64,000 nt of DNA from Acidimicrobiales bacterium (lineage in GTDB: Bacteria > Actinomycetota > Acidimicrobiia > Acidimicrobiales > Aldehydirespiratoraceae), in NCBI GenBank assembly GCA_965116665.1, contig OZ220709.1, forward strand, positions 3,051,486 through 3,115,485, given 5' to 3'. The notes beneath the pieces were generated by a model. The model searched no databases and had not been told where the DNA came from. It was given only the letters and a program-made list of their open reading frames with translations. The translations under genes and the position numbers were made by a program. This document shows positions 46,935 to 58,163 of this stretch, one piece after another (position 1 is the stretch's first letter; each line of letters starts with the position of its first letter).

Positions 46935-48083
46935 CTAGGCGGGTTCGGGGTCGTCCGAGAGCACGTCCAGGAACGGTGAGTACCGGTAGACGCGGTCGCG
47001 CCTGCGGCCGGTTATCTCCTCGACGATTCCCTCGGAAGCCAGCGCGTCGAGCAGGCGGCCGACGGTCACTGGCGTCGAGCCGAGGGCGGTCGAGGCGTAC
47101 TTGATGGTAACGATGGGCTGCACGGCCAGCAGGTCGAGCAGCGGCCATGCGTACTTGCCGAGCTTCTGATCGGTCGCGATCTGTCGATGCTCGTCGGTAA
47201 GTGCCAACAGCTCGGCCGCCGCCCGCACTGCGTCGTCAGCAGTGGCGGCCACGCCGGTTAGGAAGAACTTGAGCCAGCCCTCCCAGTCACCCTGGACCCT
47301 GATGGCGTTGAGCCGGTCGTAGTACTCGCTGCGGTTCTGTTTGAGGAACACGCTCAGGTACAGCAACGGCCGGACCAGCACCCGCCGCTGGACCAGCAGC
47401 AGCGTGATAAGGAGGCGCCCGACACGGCCGTTGCCGTCGAGGAACGGGTGGATCGTCTCGAACTGGGCATGGGCCAGCCCTGCGAGCACCAGCGGAGGCG
47501 TGTCGCTGTCGTTGAGGAAGAGTTCGAAGTCGCGGATCGCTCCGCCGAGGTCGTCGGGCGACGGTGGGACGAACGCCGCGGTCGCCAACGTGCAGCCTGC
47601 CGGACCGATCCAGTTCTGGGTTCTGCGAAACTCGCCGGGGCTGCGCTCCTGGCCCCGCACGCCCGTCATCAGCTCGCTGTGCAGCCGGCGGATCAAGCGG
47701 CCCGACAAGGGCAGTTCGTCCAGCAGGCTCAGGCCCACCCGCATGGCCCGCACGTAGTTCACGGTTTCGGCGATGTCGTCGGGCGGAGCGGCCACCCGGG
47801 CCTCCACCTCGTGGGCCAGCATGTCGTCGAGGCTCGACTGGGTGCCCTCGATCTGGGAGCTGAGCACCGCCTCGCGCCGAACGTAGGACGCCACAAACAG
47901 GTCGGGGTTCGGGAGGCTGCTCGCCATCCCGTCCAGGCGGCCCAGCGCCACCGTGGCGTCCGACAACAGCCCGACCAGGCCAGTATCCCACCGCAGCGGC
48001 GGGTCGGGCGGAAGCGGCTTGGGCACGAACGCCTCGTAACCGCTGAGCTGCGGACGGAAGCGCCCGGCGCGGGTGGATTGCAT
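46935..48083 (-). CDS. fic: Fic family protein (Fic_N + Fido + C-terminal winged HTH), class II with cis inhibitory helix
   Basis: 382 aa from ATG 48083. Active-site motif HPFLDGNGRVGR, inhibitory motif SSQIEG (S-x-x-x-E-G), and a C-terminal wHTH. Confidence 0.9.
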   Translation of the reverse strand: MQSTRAGRFRPQLSGYEAFVPKPLPPDPPLRWDTGLVGLLSDATVALGRLDGMASSLPNPDLFVASYVRREAVLSSQIEGTQSSLDDMLAHEVEARVAAPPDDIAETVNYVRAMRVGLSLLDELPLSGRLIRRLHSELMTGVRGQERSPGEFRRTQNWIGPAGCTLATAAFVPPSPDDLGGAIRDFELFLNDSDTPPLVLAGLAHAQFETIHPFLDGNGRVGRLLITLLLVQRRVLVRPLLYLSVFLKQNRSEYYDRLNAIRVQGDWEGWLKFFLTGVAATADDAVRAAAELLALTDEHRQIATDQKLGKYAWPLLDLLAVQPIVTIKYASTALGSTPVTVGRLLDALASEGIVEEITGRRRDRVYRYSPFLDVLSDDPEPA

Positions 48084-48115
48084 CGGTCCTTCCTTCTCCT
48101 TGCCGCTGAATAACC

Positions 48116-48299
48116 GGCCGCTATTCGAGCCCACTAAAATAGCGAAGCCCGATTCAGCAAGTTATTTTAACAAATGCAAGATTGATAAAACAACGTCGCT
48201 GAAACGGGGCCGCTATTCGAGCCCACTAAAATAGCGAAGCCCGATTCAGCAAGTTATTTCAACAATGGCAGATTGCTGAAATAATATCGCTGAAACGAG
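48116..48299. repeat. 92-bp AT-rich tandem repeat, two copies
   Basis: Units begin at 48116 and 48208 (ggccgctattcgagcccactaaaatagcgaagcccgattcagcaagttattt...). The first 51 nt of each unit read identical and the rest is diverged. Positions 48161-48200 count 12/40 G+C. Confidence 0.9.
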
Positions 48300-48325
48300 C
48301 AGCCGGGGGGAGCGCTGCGACAACC

Positions 48326-49738
48326 GTGCCCGGTAGCCTGCCGGGCGTGGAGGTCGCCGACTCCGTCCTCGACCTCATAGGGAACACGCCGCTGGTGCGG
48401 ATGCGGCGGGCGGTTCCCGAGGCCGGCTGTGAGCTGGTGGCCAAACTGGAGATGCTCAACCCGGGCGGCAGCGTCAAGGACCGCATCGCCATGACGATGA
48501 TCGACGCCGCCGAGCGCGACGGGCTGCTCGGTCCGGGCGGGACGATCATCGAGCCCACCTCGGGCAACACCGGTGTCGGCCTCGCCATGGTGGCCGCCCA
48601 GCGGGGCTACCGGTGCATCTTCGTGATGACCGACAAGGTGAGCACCGAGAAGGTGCGGCTGCTACGGGCCTACGGCGCCGAGGTGGTGGTGTGCCCGGTG
48701 GCGGTCGCCCCCGACGACCCCGACTCCTACTACTCCACTGCCGAGCGGCTCATGCGTTCCACGCCGGGCGCCTACCAGCCCAACCAGTACTTCAACCAGG
48801 CCAACCCGCTGGCCCACGAGCAGACCACCGGACCCGAGCTGTGGCGCCAGACCGGCGGGCGCATCACCCACTTCGTGGCCGGTGCGGGCACCGGCGGGAC
48901 CCTCAGCGGCGTGGGCCGGTACCTCAAAGGACAGAACCCCGCGGTGCAGGTGATCGCGGCCGACCCCGAGGGCTCGGTGTTCAGCGGCGGCTCGGGACGC
49001 CCCTACCTGGTGGAGGGCATCGGCGAGGACTTCTGGCCCGAGACCTACTACCCGGAGCTGGTGGACAGGGTCATAGCGGTGTCCGACCAGGCGTCCTTCG
49101 ACATGGCCCGGCTGGTCTCGCACCGCGAGGGCCTCCTGATCGGCGGCTCGGGCGGAACCGCGGTGTGCGCGGCCGCGGAGGTGGCTTCGGACTGCGGCCC
49201 TGATGCGGTGGTCGTGGTGCTGCTGCCCGACTCCGGGCGCGGCTACCTCTCCAAGGTGTTCGACGATGACTGGATGGCGACGCACGGGTTCCTGATCGGT
49301 GAGCATCCGTGCGTCAAGGACGTGCTCGACGCCAAGGAGGACGCCCTGCCGCCGCTGGTGTACGTCAACCCCACCGACCCGGTGAGCCTGGCCGTGACCC
49401 GCATGCGGGACAACGGGCTGAGCCAGCTGCCGGTGGCCAAGGGCGAGATGCCGCTGGCCGCGGCCGAGGTGATGGGCGCGGTGCACGAGCTGCAGCTCAT
49501 GGCCCTGGCCTTCGACGGTGACCTGCTGGGCCAGCCGGTGGAGAACGTGATGAGCAGACCGCTGGAGCAGATCGGGATCGGCGAGTCGGTGGCGCTGGCG
49601 GTGACCAGGCTGGAGCGGTCGCCGGCTCTGCTCGTGCTGGACGGGGGCAGGCCTCGGGCGGTGGTCTCCAGCACCGATGTGCTCAGCTACCTGTCGTCCA
49701 ACGCCGACGGCGGGCTCTCGCAGGGACAGCTGCTGTGA
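48326..49738 (+). CDS. cbs: Cystathionine beta-synthase (PLP fold type II + tandem CBS domains)
   Basis: 470 aa with NPGGSVKDR (PLP lysine), SGNTG and GTGGT, and a C-terminal CBS pair. Confidence 0.9.
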   Translation: MPGSLPGVEVADSVLDLIGNTPLVRMRRAVPEAGCELVAKLEMLNPGGSVKDRIAMTMIDAAERDGLLGPGGTIIEPTSGNTGVGLAMVAAQRGYRCIFVMTDKVSTEKVRLLRAYGAEVVVCPVAVAPDDPDSYYSTAERLMRSTPGAYQPNQYFNQANPLAHEQTTGPELWRQTGGRITHFVAGAGTGGTLSGVGRYLKGQNPAVQVIAADPEGSVFSGGSGRPYLVEGIGEDFWPETYYPELVDRVIAVSDQASFDMARLVSHREGLLIGGSGGTAVCAAAEVASDCGPDAVVVVLLPDSGRGYLSKVFDDDWMATHGFLIGEHPCVKDVLDAKEDALPPLVYVNPTDPVSLAVTRMRDNGLSQLPVAKGEMPLAAAEVMGAVHELQLMALAFDGDLLGQPVENVMSRPLEQIGIGESVALAVTRLERSPALLVLDGGRPRAVVSSTDVLSYLSSNADGGLSQGQLL

Positions 49739-50877
49739 GCAAGAGCACCTGGGGATTCGAGACCCGGGCCATCCATGCCGGCCAGGAACCCGACGAGGCC
49801 ACCGGAGCGATCACCGTTCCCATCCATCTGGCCACCACCTTCGTGCAGCCGGCGCCGGGACAGCACCGGGGCTACGAGTACTCGCGCACGTCGAACCCGA
49901 CCCGGGCCGCGCTGGAGTGCAGCGTGGCCGGGCTCGAAGGCGCCGCCCACGGGTTCGCGTTCGCCAGCGGCATGGCCGCCGAGAACGCCCTGGTGGGCCT
50001 GCTGCGCCCCGGCGACCACGTCGTGCTCGGCGACGACGCCTACGGCGGGACCTTCCGGCTGATCGCCCGCGTCTACGGCGAGCGGGGGATCGAGTGGTCG
50101 GCGGTGGACCTGACCGACGCAGGCGCCCTGGCCGCCGCCCTGCGCCCCGAGACCCGCCAGGTGTGGATGGAGACCCCCACCAACCCCATGCTGACCGTGG
50201 TCGACATCGCGGCCACAGCCGGCGCGGCCCACTCGGTCGGGGCCCGCCTGGTGGTGGACAACACCTTCGCCACCCCGTACCTGCAGAACCCGCTGGGCTT
50301 GGGCGCCGACGTCGCGGTCCACTCCTCCACCAAGTACCTGGGCGGGCACTCCGACGTGGTGGGCGGCTTCATCGCGGTCGACGACGACGGGCTGGCCGAG
50401 CAGCTGGCCTTCGTGCAGAACGCGGCCGGAGCGGTTCCCAGCCCGTTCGACTGCTACCTGCTGCTGCGGGGCATCAAGACGCTGGGTGTGCGGATGGACC
50501 GCCACTGCGACAACGCGGCGGAGGTCGCCGCCTACCTCGACGACCACCCCGCGGTGGACCGGGTGCTGTACCCGGGGCTGGCTGACCATCCGGGCCATCG
50601 GATCGCGACCCGCCAGATGAGCGGGTTCGGCGGGATGGTGTCGTGCGTGCTGGCCGGCGGGGAGGCGGCCGCGGTGGCCGCGGTCAGCTCGACCCGGGTG
50701 TTCCAGCTGGCCGAGTCGCTGGGAGCGGTGGAATCGCTGATCGAGCAGCCCTCCACCATGACCCACCTCTCGGTGGCCGACTCGCCCCTGGCCGTCGACC
50801 CCGGGCTGATCCGCCTGTCGGTGGGCATCGAGTCCATCGACGACCTGCTCGCCGACCTCGACCAGGCCCTGCGCTAG
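49735..50877 (+). CDS. metB: Cystathionine gamma-synthase/gamma-lyase family PLP enzyme
   Basis: 380 aa with YSRTSNPT and STKYLGGHSDVVGG (PLP lysine). GTG overlaps the cbs stop (GTGA). Confidence 0.9.
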   Translation: MSKSTWGFETRAIHAGQEPDEATGAITVPIHLATTFVQPAPGQHRGYEYSRTSNPTRAALECSVAGLEGAAHGFAFASGMAAENALVGLLRPGDHVVLGDDAYGGTFRLIARVYGERGIEWSAVDLTDAGALAAALRPETRQVWMETPTNPMLTVVDIAATAGAAHSVGARLVVDNTFATPYLQNPLGLGADVAVHSSTKYLGGHSDVVGGFIAVDDDGLAEQLAFVQNAAGAVPSPFDCYLLLRGIKTLGVRMDRHCDNAAEVAAYLDDHPAVDRVLYPGLADHPGHRIATRQMSGFGGMVSCVLAGGEAAAVAAVSSTRVFQLAESLGAVESLIEQPSTMTHLSVADSPLAVDPGLIRLSVGIESIDDLLADLDQALR

Positions 50878-50902
50878 AACTCCCGGCCAGGCCCGGCCCG
50901 GA

Positions 50903-52492
50903 TCACTCCCACTCGATGGTGGCCGGGGGTTTGGAGGTGATGTCGTAGGCCACCCGGTTCACGCCACCGACCTCGGCGATCACCCGGCTGCTCATGGCCT
51001 CGAGCACCTCGTGGGGCAGCCGGGCCCAGTCGGCGGTCATGGCGTCGGAGCTGGTGACGGCCCGGATCACGACCGGGCGCCCGTAGGTGCGCTCGTCGCC
51101 CATCACCCCGACGGTGCGGATGTCGGGCAGCACCGCGAACGACTGCCAGATCTCGCGCTCCAGGCCGGCCTTGCGCAGTTCGTCGCGGACGATGGCGTCG
51201 GCCTGGCGGAGGGTGGCGGCCGCGGCGGGGGTCACCTCGCCGATGATGCGCACGGCCAGGCCGGGGCCGGGGAAGGGCTGGCGGTGCACGATCTCGTCGG
51301 GAAGGCCCAGCTCGGCGCCCACCGCCCGCACCTCGTCCTTGAACAGCGACCGCAGCGGCTCGACCAGCTCGAAGTCGAGGTCCTCGGGCAGCCCGCCCAC
51401 GTTGTGGTGGCTCTTGATGGTGGACGAGTGGGTGGTGGCGCCCGACTCGATCACATCGGGATAGAGGGTCCCCTGCACCAGGAAGCCGGCGTCGGGAGCA
51501 TGGCGGCGGGCCCGCTCGAAGGCTCGGATGAACTGCTCGCCCACCACCTTGCGCTTGGCCTCGGGCTCGGTGACGCCCTCCAACGCGGCGAAGAACTCGG
51601 CCGCCGCGTCGAGGCGCACCAGATCCACCCCGAAGTGGCGGCCGAACGTCTCCTCCACCTGGTCGGCCTCGCCCTCGCGCAGCAGGCCGGTGTCGACCAG
51701 CACGCACGTCAGCCGGTCGCCGATGGCCCGGTGCACCAGGGCTGCGGCCACCGCCGAGTCCACACCCCCCGACAGCCCGCAGATGGCGCGGCCCTCGCCG
51801 ACCTGGTCGCGGACTGAGGCCACCGAGGCGTCGATGATCGAGTGCATGGACCAGCTCGGGCCGGCGTCACACGCTTGGCGCAGGAAGCGCTCGATCACCT
51901 GCAGTCCGTGGGGCGTGTGCTGCACCTCGGGATGGAACTGCACGCCGTAGAGGCCGCGGCCGGGGTCCTCGAACGCGGCCACCGGCGATGCCGCGGTGGA
52001 CGCGGTGACGGTCGCACCCGGCGGCGGGTCGACGATGGCGTCGAAGTGGCTCATCCACACCGGCTGCGACGCCGGCAGACCCGACAGCAGCGTCCCGGCG
52101 TCGTCGTGGGCCACAGTCATCTCGGCCCGGCCGTACTCGCCCCGCTCGTTGGGGCCGACCGAGCCGCCGAGCTGCTCGGCGATGAGCTGCGCGCCGTAGC
52201 AGATGCCCAGGATCGGCACCCCCAGCCCGTAGATCCCGGCGTCGAGGCTGGGCGCGCCCGCCACGTGCACCGAGGCCGGGCCCCCGCTGAGGATCACGCC
52301 GGCCGGCCGGCGGTCGGCGATCTCGGCCGCGGTGATCGTCGACGGCACGATCTCGCTGTACACCTGGCACTCTCGCACCCGCCGGGCGATCAACTGCGCG
52401 TACTGGGCACCGAAGTCGACCACCAGCACGGTGTCGAACCCGCCGCCCGGGCCCGCCGGGGCCCGGTCCACTATCGCGGCCGCGCCGGCCAC
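50903..52492 (-). CDS. guaA: GMP synthase (glutamine-hydrolysing)
   Basis: 529 aa with the GATase domain (GICYGAQ), the PP-loop SGGVDS and the C-terminal PPATIEWE. Confidence 0.95.
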   Translation of the reverse strand: MAGAAAIVDRAPAGPGGGFDTVLVVDFGAQYAQLIARRVRECQVYSEIVPSTITAAEIADRRPAGVILSGGPASVHVAGAPSLDAGIYGLGVPILGICYGAQLIAEQLGGSVGPNERGEYGRAEMTVAHDDAGTLLSGLPASQPVWMSHFDAIVDPPPGATVTASTAASPVAAFEDPGRGLYGVQFHPEVQHTPHGLQVIERFLRQACDAGPSWSMHSIIDASVASVRDQVGEGRAICGLSGGVDSAVAAALVHRAIGDRLTCVLVDTGLLREGEADQVEETFGRHFGVDLVRLDAAAEFFAALEGVTEPEAKRKVVGEQFIRAFERARRHAPDAGFLVQGTLYPDVIESGATTHSSTIKSHHNVGGLPEDLDFELVEPLRSLFKDEVRAVGAELGLPDEIVHRQPFPGPGLAVRIIGEVTPAAAATLRQADAIVRDELRKAGLEREIWQSFAVLPDIRTVGVMGDERTYGRPVVIRAVTSSDAMTADWARLPHEVLEAMSSRVIAEVGGVNRVAYDITSKPPATIEWE

Positions 52493-52574
52493 AACCGGGC
52501 GGCACGCCTTCTGTGTGCAGAAACCCGGTTTATCGCCGGGAAACCGCGCCCAGAACGGTGACGGCGCCGGTGGG

Positions 52575-53684
52575 TCACGGCGAGACGATGGCTACCGCGG
52601 CCCGCTGGAAGTCCTTCACGTCGGTGTAGCCGCACTTGGCCAGCGACGTGCGCAGCCCGCCCATCATGTTGGTGGTTCCCTCCGGATCGAGGGCCGGGCC
52701 GTGGAGGATCTCCGCCAGCGTGCCGTGCGGCTCGACACCGGTGATCCGGCCCCTCGGCAGCGTGGGGTGGCCGGCCGACAGGTCCCAGTGCCGCCCCGGG
52801 CAGGGCGAGTCCGATGCCAGCGCCAGCGGCAGGCCCAGCATGACGGCGTCGGCGCCGCACACGATGGCCTTGGCGATGTCTCCCGCATTGCGCATGGTCC
52901 CGTCAGTGATCACATGGCAGTACACGCCGGTCTCGTCGAGGTGGCGCATACGGGCGGCGCGGGCATCCGCGATGGCGGTGGCCTGAGGTGCGTCCAGTCC
53001 CAGCACATGGCGACTGGTGCCGACATGGCCCGAGCCGGCCCCCACGAGCACGCCGGCCGCGCCGGTGCGCATCAGGTGCAGGGCAGCCTGGTAGCTCACG
53101 CAGCCACCGACGATCACCGGGGTGTGCATGCGGCGGATGAACGTCTTGAGGTTGAGGGGATCGGCAACCGAGGACACGTGCTCGGCCGACACGATCGTGC
53201 CCGAGATGACCAGCAGATCGATCTCGGCACCGATGGCGTGAGGGGCCAGCTCCACCGCCCGCTGGGGCCGTACCCGGCCCGCGGTGCGGACCCCCGTCTC
53301 GGCTATCTCTGCGATGCGAGCGGCCACCAACTCGGGCTGGATCGGGCGGGAGTAGAGCTCGCGCAGGCGGCCGGCTGCGGCCTCCAGCGGCAGGTCGCCC
53401 AGCTCGGCCAGCTCCGAGGCGGGGTCCTCGCAGCGGGTCCACACACCCTCGAGGTCGAGAACCCCGACCCCTCCGAGCTGGCCCATCTGCACCGCGGTGG
53501 CCGGGCTGGTGACGCTGTCGGCGAAGGCCGCCAGCACGGGGATGTCGAAGCGGTAGGCGTCGATCTGCCAGGAGATGTCCACGTCGGAGGGATCCCGGGT
53601 GCGCCGGCTGGGGATGATGGCGATCTCATCGAGCCGGTAGGCGCGGCGACCTGACTTGCCCAGCCCGATCTCGATCTCAGCCAC
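52575..53684 (-). CDS. guaB3: GuaB3 family IMP dehydrogenase-related protein
   Basis: 369 aa with the [32 protein letters not shown]-terminus typical of GuaB3. No CBS insert. Confidence 0.85.
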   Translation of the reverse strand: MAEIEIGLGKSGRRAYRLDEIAIIPSRRTRDPSDVDISWQIDAYRFDIPVLAAFADSVTSPATAVQMGQLGGVGVLDLEGVWTRCEDPASELAELGDLPLEAAAGRLRELYSRPIQPELVAARIAEIAETGVRTAGRVRPQRAVELAPHAIGAEIDLLVISGTIVSAEHVSSVADPLNLKTFIRRMHTPVIVGGCVSYQAALHLMRTGAAGVLVGAGSGHVGTSRHVLGLDAPQATAIADARAARMRHLDETGVYCHVITDGTMRNAGDIAKAIVCGADAVMLGLPLALASDSPCPGRHWDLSAGHPTLPRGRITGVEPHGTLAEILHGPALDPEGTTNMMGGLRTSLAKCGYTDVKDFQRAAVAIVSP

Positions 53685-53756
53685 GGCGGTGTTTCCGGTC
53701 CCCGACGCCAGGCACCGAACGAGCCTAGCCCGCGCCGGCTGTAGCGGTCGCGACAG

Positions 53757-54407
53757 TCAGCAGGCCGCGCCGGCTGTAGCGGTCGCGACAGTCAGCAGCC
53801 GGCGTAGCACGCCTGCGGTCGCCCCCCACACGGTGTCCCCCGGCAGTTCAAAGAACGTCATGGTGCGCTCGCCGCCGAATGCCTCGCCCAACGACCAGAC
53901 CTCCTCGCGCCAGGCCTCGGGGTCCGTCAGCTCGGACAGCGCGACGTGCAGCACCCGCTCGACCTCGGCCGGGTCGGGGACCAGCTCCGGGCGCCCCTCG
54001 ACGGTGGCCACGAACGGGCACACCAGCGAGCGGGATCCCACCGTGACGAAGCGGTCCAACCGCCCGACCTTCCGCACCGCGCCCGGGTCCAGCCCGATCT
54101 CCTCGGACGCCTCCCGAACCGCGGTGGCCCACAGATCGGCGTCGCCCGGCTCCCGCCTGCCACCGGGGAACGAGACCTCGCCGGCGTGGTGGCGCAGGTG
54201 CCAGGCCCGCCGGGTGAGAACCACCCACGGCTCGCCGCCGTGCTCATAGAGCAGCACCAGCACCCCCGACGGCGCCGATTCCGGCACCGCCGAGGCGGGA
54301 GACGGAAGGAGCGTGGAGGGAGCGGCCGAGACCGCCTGGACCACCCGTTCCAGGCTGGGTCGGCGACGATGCTCGGGAAGCTCTGCCCACGGAGCCGCTC
54401 CACCCAT
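53757..54407 (-). CDS. NUDIX hydrolase (CoA pyrophosphatase-like)
   Basis: Nudix box GGRREPGDADLWATAVREASEEIGL. ATG 54407 was chosen; the upstream part of the 287-aa ORF is G/R/P junk overlapping a better small ORF in another frame. Confidence 0.75.
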   Translation of the reverse strand: MGGAAPWAELPEHRRRPSLERVVQAVSAAPSTLLPSPASAVPESAPSGVLVLLYEHGGEPWVVLTRRAWHLRHHAGEVSFPGGRREPGDADLWATAVREASEEIGLDPGAVRKVGRLDRFVTVGSRSLVCPFVATVEGRPELVPDPAEVERVLHVALSELTDPEAWREEVWSLGEAFGGERTMTFFELPGDTVWGATAGVLRRLLTVATATAGAAC

Positions 54408-54502
54408 CCAGGCCTGCTGCGGGCGGGGGATGTGCTGGGAACCGCCCCTGCCGCCAGGAGCCGGTGGCGGCTCGAACACCACCGCCGGGGTTGCCGGCTC
54501 GG

Positions 54503-54670
54503 TCAGGACCCGTCCTCGCCGCCGCCCGCGGCCGCCGCCAAGTCCTGGAGAAGGTCCCGAAGGCCGCCGGTCTTGAGATCGCTCATCACCCGGCCCGGCG
54601 GGGTCTCGCCCCGCTCCCACTCCTCCCAGTGGTCCAGCAGCTTGCGCGGGTCCGGCGCCGGGCGATCCAT
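54503..54670 (-). CDS. Candidate small protein, 55 aa (below the ORF-track cutoff)
   Basis: MDRPAPDPRKLLDHWEEWERGETPPGRVMSDLKTGGLRDLLQDLAAAAGGGEDGS. By hand count, 51 of 55 codons end in G/C. Weak RBS. Confidence 0.4.
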   Translation of the reverse strand: MDRPAPDPRKLLDHWEEWERGETPPGRVMSDLKTGGLRDLLQDLAAAAGGGEDGS

Positions 54671-54793
54671 CCTGGTGAGGCTACCGGCGCCATTCCGGGT
54701 CCAGAGTTTGCAGCGGTGTCACCAGCCAGGCCGGCGGGGGGCCTCGGGGCAATGGCGGCGCTTGAGCCGGCCGGGACGCCGCCCGGGCGCGGA

Positions 54794-54820
54794 GGAGCCC
54801 GAGCTCATCGCTCGGGCTCC
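54794..54820 (-). terminator. Stem-loop after groEL
   Basis: GGAGCCCGAGC-5 nt-GCTCGGGCTCC forms an 11-bp perfect stem 26 nt downstream of the groEL stop. Confidence 0.45.
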
Positions 54821-54845
54821 TTGGGGGGTTCGCGGGGGCGAACGG

Positions 54846-56858
<2,013 letters not shown>

Positions 56859-56876
56859 TCAGCCACGACACGGGAA

Positions 56877-56903
56877 TTGGCACTCTCCCGTGACGAGTGC
56901 CAA
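56877..56903. promoter_or_regulatory. CIRCE operator (HrcA binding site)
   Basis: TTGGCACTC-N9-GAGTGCCAA is a perfect inverted repeat, 86-112 nt upstream of the groES ATG. Confidence 0.85.
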
Positions 56904-56973
56904 CGATACGGCCCGTCCGGGGGTGCCACAACGCGCGGACTGGGCCTTCTATGTGCGAGCGCAGGCAGGGATC

Positions 56974-57158
56974 AGCCCTCCGGCAGGCTCAGGGACGGAT
57001 CGGCGCGTCTAGCCCTCCGGCAGGCTCAGGGACGGATCGGCGCGTCTAGCCCTCCGGCAGGCTCAGGGACGGATCGGCGCGTCTAGCTCTCCGGCAGGCT
57101 CAGGGACGGATCGGCGCGTCTAGCTCTCCGGCAGGCTCAGGGACGGATCGGCGCCCAC
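56974..57158. repeat. 37-bp tandem repeat, four full copies plus the copy that forms the tsaD 3' end
   Basis: Unit is agc[c/t]ctccggcaggctcagggacggatcggcgcgtct, with copies starting at 56974, 57011, 57048, 57085 and 57122. Each copy carries the tsaD C-terminal codons and the TAG stop. Confidence 0.95.
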
Positions 57159-58154
57159 CGTGAGCGGCGAGGGCCCGTCAGCCTGCAGGCGCCACCAGGC
57201 CGCGGCGGCCACCATGGCCGCGTTGTCGGTGCACATGGCCCGGCTCGGCAGGTAGGCAGCCAGGCCGTCGGCCGTGCAGGCGTCGAGCGTCATCTCCCGC
57301 AGACGGCTGTTGGCGGCCACACCGCCGGCCAGGCACAGACCCACCGCTCCGTGCTCGGCGGCAGCCCTGCGGGCCTTGGCCAGCAGCACATCGGCCACCG
57401 CCTCCTGGAACGACGCGGCCACGTCGGCGGCAGGCGCATCCGGCCGGCGCCGCAGGTAGTTGATGACCGCGGTCTTGAGTCCGCTGAAGGAGAAGTTCCA
57501 ACCGTCGTGCAGCATCGCCCGGGGGAAGGCGACCGCCTCCCGGTCGCCCTGCCCGCTCAGCCGGTCGATGACAGGGCCGCCCGGGTATCCGAGGCCCATG
57601 TAGCGGGCCACCTTGTCGAAGGCCTCCCCAGCGGCGTCGTCGACGGTGGCGCCCAGGATCCGGTAGCGCAGCCGCTCCTCCATCAGCACGAGCATGGTGT
57701 GACCCCCCGAGACCAGCACCACCACCACGGGCAGCTCCAGGCTCGGCTCATCCAGGAAGGCCGCGTGGAGGTGGGCCTCAAGGTGGTTGACGGCCACGAA
57801 CGGCACGTCCCACACCAGCGCCAACGCCTTGGCCGCCGACAAGCCGACCAGCAGCGCGCCCACCAGGCCCGGCCCGGCGGTCGCCCCCACTGCGGCGATG
57901 TCGGAGTCGTCGACCGCGGACTCCACCAGCGCCTGCGACACCACCGGGACCATGCGCTCGACGTGGGCCCGGCCGGCGACCTCAGGAACGACCCCGCCGT
58001 AGCGGGCGTGCAGATCGATCTGGCTGGACACCACCGACGACAGCACCTGCCTGCCGCCGGCGACCACCGCCGCAGCGGTCTCGTCGCAGGAGGTCTCGAT
58101 GCCCAGGATCGGCTCGCCGGGGGCCTCTCTCGGCGTTTCGTGCGTTCCGGGCAT
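57120..58154 (-). CDS. tsaD: tRNA N6-adenosine threonylcarbamoyltransferase
   Basis: 344 aa with ILGIETSCDETAAAVV, GGVVPEVAGRAH and VSGGHT. Confidence 0.95.
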   Translation of the reverse strand: MPGTHETPREAPGEPILGIETSCDETAAAVVAGGRQVLSSVVSSQIDLHARYGGVVPEVAGRAHVERMVPVVSQALVESAVDDSDIAAVGATAGPGLVGALLVGLSAAKALALVWDVPFVAVNHLEAHLHAAFLDEPSLELPVVVVLVSGGHTMLVLMEERLRYRILGATVDDAAGEAFDKVARYMGLGYPGGPVIDRLSGQGDREAVAFPRAMLHDGWNFSFSGLKTAVINYLRRRPDAPAADVAASFQEAVADVLLAKARRAAAEHGAVGLCLAGGVAANSRLREMTLDACTADGLAAYLPSRAMCTDNAAMVAAAAWWRLQADGPSPLTVGADPSLSLPES

Positions 58155-58163
58155 CGGCGCCGC

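Noticed and set aside
44782-46938. 718-aa plus-strand ORF
   Set aside because: It is antisense to the unambiguous pcrA helicase gene and has low-complexity G/V/H/R composition.
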